From: an uncultured Armatimonadetes bacterium
GTDB lineage: Bacteria; Armatimonadota; Hebobacteria; Hebobacterales; Hebobacteraceae
Direction of reading: 5' to 3'
Assembly: GCA_963716175.1 (NCBI GenBank)
Contig: OY970296.1
Coordinates: 309,302 to 373,301 of the forward strand
Length of the DNA stretch: 64,000 nt
The notes beneath the pieces were generated by a model. The model did not search any database and was not told the DNA's origin. It saw nothing but the letters and a program-made list of their open reading frames with translations. The translations under genes and the position numbers were made by a program. Of the stretch, positions 27,394 to 34,984 are shown piece by piece; the first letter of the stretch is position 1, and each line of letters opens with the position of its first letter.

Positions 27394-29388
27394 TCAGACT
27401 GCTGGCACGGCCGCGCGATACAAGGCCCACATCACACCGTTGATCAGGTCACCACTCACCAAGCCGACGGCCAGCGGAACTGTCTGGCGGTACAGGCGAA
27501 GGCCGCCATAGCGAGTCGCCAGCGTTTTCGCCAGCCAGCCGACGAGGAACGGCATGTAGAACCACTGCATTCCCCAGGAGTGGGCCGCCAGGAATCCCAC
27601 CGGGTGCAGGGGCCACCACCAGAAGCGCAGCCGCAGAAGGCCCAGCGAGATGGCGATGGCGGCACCCGCCGCCATGCCGGCCAGGCCTCTGGCATCGAGC
27701 TGGGAGGGCGTGCTGATGGCGGCGAAGATGTGCCCGGCCCCCCACGCTATCTGCGACCCAAGCCAACTGGTGTCTGCCGCGCGTAGACCGTAGAAGCCGT
27801 AATGGTAGATGCCCGTCAGTGTGACATACACACCAAGGACCATTGACAGCACCAGCCCGGCGGCCATGGCCAAGGTCAGCCGCCTGGTGGGAATCCGGGC
27901 GGAGTCTGCGATCTTCATCCCTTCGAGAACATTGCCGCTGATCACCTGCGCGGTCGAGCCAGCTCCCGGAAAGTATGTCCATCTCAGCGACATGATGGCG
28001 ATGACCTCTTGGGGTCGGAAGATGGCGTTCCCAGTCGCGTCGAGCATGTCGTCTATGAAGAGCGGAAACAGCAGCAAGCCCAAGCCAGTCTCCGCCCGCA
28101 GCCAGGTCCACATCAGGTAGAACATGAGGATGAGCGTCACCAGCATCGTGCCCACCCAAAGGCGCGCACCGATCATGGCGCAGAAGTAGACCATCCACGC
28201 GCAGGAGAGAGCGAGCGCGATGAGAGACCAACGATAGGGCAAGGGCTCGTCTGCATCTTCCAAGCCGCTTGCGCGACTGAACGCGATGCGCAGCGCCCGC
28301 CCCAGGTGCCGGCGCGCCCGCCAGGCCGCCCATAGGGAGAGGGCGAAGATCGCGCCGAATCCCTGGAAGGCGAAGGCCGGGAAGGTGGTGTCGCCCAGCC
28401 ATCCTTCCGGGCTGCGCGGGGGCGCGCCCGCGGCGATGGCGATGAAGGCCAGCGCGATCCGCAGGAACCAGAAGACCCAGCAAGAGAAGGATAGCTCCTT
28501 CGGGATGAGATAGGCTACCGCGATCAACCATGGCCAGAGCACCAGATCCATTTCTCCGAAAGCTGCCATAGGTCCAGTTGTCTGCGGGGTTATCAACGCC
28601 ACCGGCCCGAGCGGGATGGCGGGCAAGGACGGAAGGCAGCTTGCCAGGCGGTTCCAGGATCTGACCCCAAACGAGATGAGAAAGCCGAGCCAGAACACGC
28701 GGGAGGTGGTTAGCAACCCGCGGCGTTCCTCGCCTGAACCACCTTCAGTCACCAGCTCCAGAGGAATCTGTGCAAGGGGAAAGCTCAAGCGCTCGTAGGT
28801 GATCCACTGCCGCTGGATGATCAGCGCGAGGCAGCTCGACGCCACCGCCAGCGCCAGCAAGAATGAGCACCAGGCCGCTAGCGGTGCCAGCCACAGCGAC
28901 CACGGGACTGAGGCATGCCCTACGAAGAAGCTCTCCACCGCATCCCGCTCGGTGGGGCTCAACCACGTCGGCACCAGGTTCAGGAACGTGCCTGCCCACT
29001 CCGGGTGAACGCTGGCCGCGTACTGGATGTAGATCGCATGCGGCAGCATGTATGCAAGTATCCCGTAGGAGACCATCGGCGCGCCAGCCAACACGATGAT
29101 GAAGATGGCGAGGAGCTCACGGCGACTGAGCCTGAGCCAGCGGCCGATGGGAAGCCAACTGGCGATGGCGGTCAGGAAGAAGAGCACCGCGAAGGGAGCC
29201 GGCGCGGGGACCCCTGCGTTGAAGTCCTCGGCCGAGCTGTGGAGGAGGTCGGTGTAGAAGCCACCGTAGGCCAGCAGAACGAGGGCGAGGGAGGAGAGCG
29301 CCACCACGCGCCAGTTCGCGTCTCCCGGTCCGGCCAACCGCAGCTCCGCTTGCGCGGGTATGCTGCGGCCTTTCAGAACTGCTCCCAA
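27394..29388 (-). CDS. Large polytopic membrane protein of unknown function (paralog of 47984..49957)
   Basis: 664 aa with about 14 or more helices. It shares blocks with the second copy: RLSFPLAQIPLEL vs KLAFPMTVLPVQL, and the C-terminus WWWPLHPVGF...TRYGGLRLYRQTVPLAVGLVSGD vs YVWWPLHPVAF...LRYGGLRAHRTALPVFLGLLVGD. Its start overlaps the nitroreductase 3' end by 16 nt. Confidence 0.6.
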   Translation of the reverse strand: MGAVLKGRSIPAQAELRLAGPGDANWRVVALSSLALVLLAYGGFYTDLLHSSAEDFNAGVPAPAPFAVLFFLTAIASWLPIGRWLRLSRRELLAIFIIVLAGAPMVSYGILAYMLPHAIYIQYAASVHPEWAGTFLNLVPTWLSPTERDAVESFFVGHASVPWSLWLAPLAAWCSFLLALAVASSCLALIIQRQWITYERLSFPLAQIPLELVTEGGSGEERRGLLTTSRVFWLGFLISFGVRSWNRLASCLPSLPAIPLGPVALITPQTTGPMAAFGEMDLVLWPWLIAVAYLIPKELSFSCWVFWFLRIALAFIAIAAGAPPRSPEGWLGDTTFPAFAFQGFGAIFALSLWAAWRARRHLGRALRIAFSRASGLEDADEPLPYRWSLIALALSCAWMVYFCAMIGARLWVGTMLVTLILMFYLMWTWLRAETGLGLLLFPLFIDDMLDATGNAIFRPQEVIAIMSLRWTYFPGAGSTAQVISGNVLEGMKIADSARIPTRRLTLAMAAGLVLSMVLGVYVTLTGIYHYGFYGLRAADTSWLGSQIAWGAGHIFAAISTPSQLDARGLAGMAAGAAIAISLGLLRLRFWWWPLHPVGFLAAHSWGMQWFYMPFLVGWLAKTLATRYGGLRLYRQTVPLAVGLVSGDLINGVMWALYRAAVPAV

Positions 29389-29867
29389 TGCAGCGCCTCG
29401 CCCACGGAGCGCTTCTGCTTGCGGCCCGGACGATCGGCCGGGTAGCCCAGAGGTAGCAGGCTGACCAGGTGGTGGCCATCCGGAGCTCCCAGCATCTCCC
29501 GGACCTTATCCGCATAGCCCTTCTTGTCGCCCGCCACCCAGCAGGCTCCCAGCCCCAGCGCGGCCGCTGCGATCAGGATGTTCTCAGTGGCCGCACAACC
29601 GTCTTCCAGGTAGTACTTGGTGTCCTTGCAGAACACCGCGATACAGGCGGGAGCGTCGGCGATGAACTTGCCATAGTCGGTGGTATCAGCGATGCCCTTC
29701 TTCATGCCCTGGTTCGTTATCACCACGAACTCCCAAGGCTCCTTTCCCATCGCGGTAGGAGCCAGCCGGCCGCAGTCCACCAGCTGCTCGAGCAGCTCAC
29801 GGTCCACCGGGTCGGGACGATACCTGCGCACACTTCTGCGCTGCCTGATCGCCTCTAGCGCGTCCAT
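29373..29867 (-). CDS. Nitroreductase family protein
   Basis: Translation has AIRQRRSVRRYRPDPVDRELLEQLVDCGRLAPTAMGKEPWEFVVI. Length of 164 aa is typical. Confidence 0.85.
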   Translation of the reverse strand: MDALEAIRQRRSVRRYRPDPVDRELLEQLVDCGRLAPTAMGKEPWEFVVITNQGMKKGIADTTDYGKFIADAPACIAVFCKDTKYYLEDGCAATENILIAAAALGLGACWVAGDKKGYADKVREMLGAPDGHHLVSLLPLGYPADRPGRKQKRSVGEALHWEQF

Positions 29868-29882
29868 CGCACCCTCCGCAGC

Positions 29883-31208
29883 TCACCGCGCGTCGTCGCG
29901 GTGCTCCTTGATGAAGCGAGCACGCATGTCGCCAAGCCACGGCTCCACATAGCGCCGGTTGAGGTCTATCTCGGCGACGGCTATCGCGCCCTTGCTCTCG
30001 TTCTCTTTGGAGGCTGCGGCCAGCACCTTCCCTTCCGGGTCTATGATCCAGCTCGGCACATCATAGCCGCAGCTCACGAGGAAGACGTGATTCTCGATGG
30101 CCCGAGCCTTCATCAGCGTCTCATTCCCGCCCCAGATCGGGAGGAAGATGACCTCCGCGCCCTTCAGGGCCATGCGCTGGGCCGGCTCGACGTACTGCAC
30201 ATCCCAGCAGATCATCATGCCCACTTTGCCGAAGTCGGTCTCGAAGACTGCGCAGTCCTCACCAGGTGTGACTCCGCCCTCGATCTCCTCCCGCGGGACG
30301 TAGAACTTGCGATACTTCCCCACCAGCCGGCCTTGCCGGTCAAGCAGGATAGCTGTGTTGTAGACTCCCTTTCCATCGCGCTCGTTGTAGCAGGCCACCA
30401 GGTAGCAGTTGTGCCTTCTCGCCAGCTCGCCTAGGCGCTGCGAGGTGGGCCCAGGGATGGGCTCCGCCACCGCGGCATAGGTCAGCTCCGTGCCCACCAT
30501 CGTCATGCCTTCTGGCAGGCAGATGATGTCCGGCTTGCGCTGGGCGGCCTTGTCTATCCAGGTGCAGAACTCCTCGACGTTCTCCTGCGCGGACTTGCTC
30601 CCCTCCGGGCGGTGGTAGATAGTCGCCACCCTCACCTGGCGGGGCCCGGGCGGATCAACCTGGCCCAGGCTCACATCATCCCACCAGACTGTGCCGCCAG
30701 GGCTCCACCCAAAGAGCAAGTCGAGCCGGACGCCAGTTGCCTCTTCCGGTGCCGGGGCCAGCGCCCACACATGCTTCCAGCTATCCCCGGCGTCTTCGAT
30801 GTGATAGACATAGTCTGGCTGTCCGGCCCGCTCGCCGTTCTGCTTCTGCCAGTCCAGCCGGGCCACTACCGTCCGGCGTTCCTCGGTCGCCTCTCTGGCG
30901 CGGTAGTAAGCGTCGAATCGGTACCAGGCGCCTGCTGCGATGCCGCCAACCGTAACCCGCCACCCGCCATACTCGATAGCCTCCCCACACTCGATTCGCA
31001 GCGACCCGTCGCGCCCGCCGCGAGAGACCTGGGCATCCACGGTGCAGTTGGGGCGGATTTCTTCGCGCGCGGCGTATGGCTGCCATGGGCATCCCGCTTC
31101 CGAGAATGCCTTGTGACTGAGCAAGACCTTCCTCACGTCATCCCCCGATGCTCGCACACCGAGTGCAAACATGACCCATACTAGCAGCAGACAGACTTGG
31201 CGTCTCAT
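29883..31208 (-). CDS. Exported carbon-nitrogen hydrolase with N-terminal beta-sandwich (CBM-like) domain
   Basis: Signal peptide MRRQVCLLLVWVMFALGVRASG. A ~190-aa beta-rich domain follows. The C-terminal CN-hydrolase part has PDIICLPEGMT, YRKFYVP, GMMICWDVQYVEPAQRMALKGAEVIFLPIWG. Confidence 0.8.
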   Translation of the reverse strand: MRRQVCLLLVWVMFALGVRASGDDVRKVLLSHKAFSEAGCPWQPYAAREEIRPNCTVDAQVSRGGRDGSLRIECGEAIEYGGWRVTVGGIAAGAWYRFDAYYRAREATEERRTVVARLDWQKQNGERAGQPDYVYHIEDAGDSWKHVWALAPAPEEATGVRLDLLFGWSPGGTVWWDDVSLGQVDPPGPRQVRVATIYHRPEGSKSAQENVEEFCTWIDKAAQRKPDIICLPEGMTMVGTELTYAAVAEPIPGPTSQRLGELARRHNCYLVACYNERDGKGVYNTAILLDRQGRLVGKYRKFYVPREEIEGGVTPGEDCAVFETDFGKVGMMICWDVQYVEPAQRMALKGAEVIFLPIWGGNETLMKARAIENHVFLVSCGYDVPSWIIDPEGKVLAAASKENESKGAIAVAEIDLNRRYVEPWLGDMRARFIKEHRDDAR

Positions 31209-31613
31209 TGCAGATCACCTGCCACAGATCATCGTGCTGTCCAGGAGTTCCTCTGGTTCCCAGCGCCCTGCCACTGGCTACGGCCGTTCAGGGACTGTCG
31301 GCCCGCCGGGCGGGAGCTTCGAGCTTGCTCCCGCTGGCTCCTTCACATATCATCTGTATCCACCGCGCGGTGCCGTGGGACGATCAGCGCGGAAGCGGCG
31401 CCCGAAGGCGCCGCACTCCGGCTTCAGATGGTACAGGAGCAGGTCCGGCGGCCCGGCCCTAGATTGCCCTCAGGCCGGCGTCAGCCGGCCCTGACAAGGG
31501 CACGTTGTACCAGCAGGCGCGGCCAGGTCAAGAGCTGGCCGGAGTGGGCGTGGGGCCGGGACTGACCACCCCTCTGCCCTACGCGATTCGATGAGGGCAC
31601 CTTCGCTCAGGTC

Positions 31614-31622
31614 TGCTATAAT
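31614..31622 (+). promoter_or_regulatory. Candidate extended -10 promoter element (TGcTATAAT)
   Basis: A perfect TATAAT at 31617-31622 is preceded by TG at 31614-31615, about 100 nt upstream of the pseudopilin-like gene. There is no good -35. Promoter rules for this lineage are unknown. Confidence 0.35.
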
Positions 31623-31639
31623 GGCGCTGATGCCCAGCG

Positions 31640-31651
31640 GGAAGGAGGAGT
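31640..31651 (+). promoter_or_regulatory. Conserved purine (SD-like) box, copy A: GGAAGGAGGAGT
   Basis: It lies 78 nt upstream of ATG 31718. The same box occurs at an equivalent distance before the other three paralogs. Confidence 0.5.
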
Positions 31652-31717
31652 GCAGGATCTTCCGGGGAAGTGCCGGGAGCGCAGTTGTGAATATCGAGTC
31701 GAGGAGGCGGATTGGTC

Positions 31718-32770
31718 ATGAGGAGAACCCGACGCTGCGGATTCACGCTGATCGAGCTGCTGGTAGTGATCGCGATTATTGCGATTCTGGCCGCAATGCT
31801 GTTCCCGGTGTTCGCGCGGGCGCGGGAGTCGGCCCGCAAGATTCAGTGCCTGTCGAATGTGAAGAACATCGCGATGGCCTTCCAGATGTACCTGGCGGAC
31901 TACGATAGGCTTCCGCCGAGGGACCATACGCAGAAGTTCCAGCAGTGGCTCGCCACTGGGGCCGCCAACTTCTGTGAGGACTGCGACCAGGGGGGATCGT
32001 ATAGCTGCTGGATCCCGACTCGGTCCAATCCCTATCTGCGATGGCCTGTGCTCTTGGACGAGTACGTGAGGAACCGGGACGTATGGAGGTGCCCCAGCGC
32101 CCGCTTTGTGAACGGCGCCACCTGGATCGTCCCGGGGCCGGATTTTGTCGGGAGTATGATGCGCCACGAAGGAGAATCCTGGGGCGCGGTGGGCGGCGAT
32201 GACTTCTTCGGCGGCGGTCCGTGCGAGATGGCCTGGCCCACGGGATGGGGAGGCAGTGTCACCGATTCCTTCGTGCAGGGAGAAGCCAGAGTGACGGCCG
32301 GTTCCGTGTCGAAGGCCGAGAGGGGCTTCGAGCAGAACGTCGGCACCACCGAAACCACCAACCAGGAGTTGAAGTTGGCTCAGATTGATGACCCCTCCTG
32401 GTTCGTCATGTGTGGGGACGCGGGTGGCTCCTCCGACCCGGGCAACATCGCTAATCCCGCAACCCTGGCCTGGCCGGAGATCTGTATGGTGGGCGGTGGT
32501 GAGGGCTGCGGCAATGACTGGGAGAATGACTCCAGTTCCACCTGGGGATTGGATTATCGCCTCCAGCTCACCTGGTGGTCCGACCCGAACCTGAGGAAGC
32601 AGTACACCCGTCACCTCGGCGGCAGCAACATCGGCTTTGCTGACGGCCACGCAGCCTGGATGTCCGCGGACCAGATATGGCACGACTCCCCGGGCGGCAA
32701 TTCCTACACGGGGATATACGAGCCTAACCGGGGCCACCTGCGCGGCATGGGTTGCCTGTGCGAGTACTGA
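31718..32770 (+). CDS. Prepilin-type N-terminal cleavage/methylation domain protein, DUF1559 (H-x9-DG) family
   Basis: Translation has [54 protein letters not shown] (G|FTLIE prepilin motif) and the C-terminal [17 protein letters not shown]. Confidence 0.9.
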   Translation: MRRTRRCGFTLIELLVVIAIIAILAAMLFPVFARARESARKIQCLSNVKNIAMAFQMYLADYDRLPPRDHTQKFQQWLATGAANFCEDCDQGGSYSCWIPTRSNPYLRWPVLLDEYVRNRDVWRCPSARFVNGATWIVPGPDFVGSMMRHEGESWGAVGGDDFFGGGPCEMAWPTGWGGSVTDSFVQGEARVTAGSVSKAERGFEQNVGTTETTNQELKLAQIDDPSWFVMCGDAGGSSDPGNIANPATLAWPEICMVGGGEGCGNDWENDSSSTWGLDYRLQLTWWSDPNLRKQYTRHLGGSNIGFADGHAAWMSADQIWHDSPGGNSYTGIYEPNRGHLRGMGCLCEY

Positions 32771-32808
32771 GTTCCGGCGGTACTCAGGCAATAGCACCTT
32801 GAGCGACG

Positions 32809-32835
32809 GCGGAGCCCGCCTCAGGCGGGCTCCGC
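32809..32835 (+). terminator. Hairpin terminator
   Basis: gcggagcccgcc-tca-ggcgggctccgc (12-bp stem) followed by ttcta, 39 nt after the stop. Confidence 0.6.
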
Positions 32836-33224
32836 TTCTACCGTCAGACCATCCCGCTGGCCATTGGCTGTGTGGTAGGCGATCTCCTGAACAGCGGCCT
32901 CTGGGCGTTCACCGCGGTCGCCACGCGAGGGAGGGTGTGAGCGTCCGGGTCCCGCAATCGTGCCGCCGGGAGGGGCACACGCGCCATCGCCATACCCCGC
33001 GCCTGATCTGCCGACGACTCCGCCGCGGATTCGCCGACGCCATCCCCCACCCCAGCCGCACCCCCCTGGTGGCTCTGTGCCGGCTGCCAGGCCCTTCTTC
33101 CCTCGAAGGCGTCTCGCTGTTGACAGGAGGACTGCGCGGGGAGCAGAGGGAATCACCCAAAGAGGGTGGGCAATCCAGAAGGTAGGCTGCGCGGGGGAGC
33201 CAAGTAAAGAGCAACGCGTTGGGG

Positions 33225-33236
33225 GGAAGGAGGTGA
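33225..33236 (+). promoter_or_regulatory. Conserved purine box, copy B: GGAAGGAGGTGA
   Basis: It lies 76 nt upstream of ATG 33301. Confidence 0.5.
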
Positions 33237-33300
33237 TGTGGAACTGCCCTGGTGCGTGCTGGAATCGCGAGCCTCATTCAGCTTCCTTGGGAGGTAAGTG

Positions 33301-34323
33301 ATGATGGCAGGGCGCAAGGGTTTCACCCTCATCGAGTTGTTGGTGGTGATCGCGATCATCGCGATCCTGGCTGCCATGCTGTTCCCCGTCTTTGCGCGTG
33401 CGCGCGAGTCAGCGCGCAAGATCCAATGCCTCTCCAATGTGAAGAACATCGCCACCGCAGTCCAGATGTACTTCGCAGACTACGACAAGCTGGTGCCGGA
33501 GGAGCACCGCCAGGAGGTGCTCGACGGCATCCAGGAGCATTGCGGCGGCGAGGGTTGGAACGGCATCCAGACCCAGGCCAACCCTTACCTGCGCTGGCCG
33601 GTGGTCTTCGATGAGTACGTGAAGAACCGGGATGTCTGGCGCTGCCCGAGCGCAACGATCTCCAAGAAGTTCGGGATCGTGAACCCTCGGGGAGGCGACT
33701 GGTGGGCAGTTGTGAAGGCGAATCAGGACGCCTGGGGCTGCTATGCCATGGGCCCGTGCGACAGCCCGTTTCCAGCAGGCTGGGGCGGAACCGTGACGGA
33801 CTCCTTCGCTCAGCAGATGTGCGCGGTGGAGACCAACGCGGCCACCATCGCGGAGGGCGCGTTCGTCCAGACCGTCGCCACCATTGACTGGTACGAGTTG
33901 AAAAGCAGCGAGATCGGCGATGCCGCCAAGTTCGTGGTCTGCGGCGATGGCGGCATGCAGAACGCCATCTGGTCGGCGCAACTGCTCGCCTACCCGGAGA
34001 TCTGCAAGCTCGCCTGCCCCGCCTGCTGGTATCCGGACTGCGCGGGCTCCTGCGTCAACTGGGAGAACTGCTCCTGGAGTCAGAGCTGCGGCGCGGGCGA
34101 CATCAGGTTCCTCACTGATCTTGAGTACCGCAAGAAGAACGCCCGGCCGAGGCATCTGGGCGGCAGCAACATCGGCTTCGCCGACGGACACGCTGCGTGG
34201 ATGCCATCCGAGTCCATTCTCAACAATAGCGTTGACTGGGGCGGCTATCGGGGCGATGATCCAAACCGGGACTATGCGATCACCGGCGGCGTCGGCTACT
34301 GCGGCCGGCCGACGCTGAAGTAG
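33301..34323 (+). CDS. Prepilin-type N-terminal cleavage/methylation domain protein, DUF1559 family
   Basis: Translation has [53 protein letters not shown] and [17 protein letters not shown]. Possible starts are GTG 33298 or ATG 33301/33304. Confidence 0.9.
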   Translation: MMAGRKGFTLIELLVVIAIIAILAAMLFPVFARARESARKIQCLSNVKNIATAVQMYFADYDKLVPEEHRQEVLDGIQEHCGGEGWNGIQTQANPYLRWPVVFDEYVKNRDVWRCPSATISKKFGIVNPRGGDWWAVVKANQDAWGCYAMGPCDSPFPAGWGGTVTDSFAQQMCAVETNAATIAEGAFVQTVATIDWYELKSSEIGDAAKFVVCGDGGMQNAIWSAQLLAYPEICKLACPACWYPDCAGSCVNWENCSWSQSCGAGDIRFLTDLEYRKKNARPRHLGGSNIGFADGHAAWMPSESILNNSVDWGGYRGDDPNRDYAITGGVGYCGRPTLK

Positions 34324-34347
34324 CCACCCCCTCTCACGGAACGACAG

Positions 34348-34374
34348 GCGGAGCGCCCCCAGTGGGCGCTCCGC
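34348..34374 (+). terminator. Hairpin terminator
   Basis: gcggagcgccc-ccagt-gggcgctccgc (11-bp stem), 25 nt after the stop. Confidence 0.6.
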
Positions 34375-34984
34375 TCCCTCATCTGGTCGCCGCCCGGCCC
34401 CAGGAGACCCACCTTCTCGGCCGGCGCGTACGGCCATTTCCGCCTTCTCCAGGGATTAGCGCGCCCGCGGCGTACACCAGCAGGGGGAATGGACTTATGA
34501 GCGGCAGCGAACTCGACCCGGACAATGGCGCGGCTCCCGCGCCAGCCGCGCCACAACAGGCGCAGGCCGGCCAAGGACCTGATCTCGCGCTCCCGCGGCA
34601 TGCGGCTCCACCGCCGCGGCATTCCCCTGGCGGTAGGGGCGATCCTGGGAGACATAGTAGCGCAGGCTCCCAGCCTGCCCCTAATGTGGTGACCATGGTC
34701 TGGGCCCCGACCGGCCTGGCAATGGGACATAGCATGTGTTCAGCTTTCTGGAGCTGAGGAGGACGCTGGGATGAAGACGGACGCGATGGTGCTCGTCAAA
34801 CCCGGCCTGGTGGAAGTGACACATTCTGACTGGCCGTCGGACACGAGTGCACCGCCCGTCATCACCCTGTCGCGGATTCGGAAACACACGCTGGGAGGAG
34901 ATCCCGACTGCTTCCGACTCCGCCAACGGGCGGTCCGACGACCCCGATGGGCGCAGGGTAGTGGTCTAGCTGGGGAGGAGCGGA

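Noticed and set aside
31650-31721. Upstream ORFs ending on the main start codon. Copy A: GTG 31650 to TGA 31719-31721 (ATGA overlap), [23 protein letters not shown]. Copy B: ATG 33236 to TGA 33299-33301 (TGATG overlap), [21 protein letters not shown]. Both share P5-G6-x-C8-x-x-R11.
   Set aside because: The start codons sit only 1-2 nt after the SD-like box, which is too close for normal initiation. Copies C and D have no equivalent uORF: the frame runs into the main gene in C and gives an 11-aa unrelated peptide in D. I treat the box itself, not a leader peptide, as the conserved feature.
33119-33124. TTGACA hexamer upstream of the second pseudopilin-like gene, considered as a -35 element.
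   Set aside because: No TATAAT-like hexamer lies at 16-19 nt spacing (the downstream sequence is ggaggactgcgcggggagcagag). A single hexamer match is not meaningful.
34296-34760. ORFs of 118-144 aa on both strands in the gap after the second pseudopilin-like gene.
   Set aside because: They overlap one another and have low-complexity Arg/Gly/Pro-rich translations. They have no RBS and span the terminator hairpin at 34348-34374.
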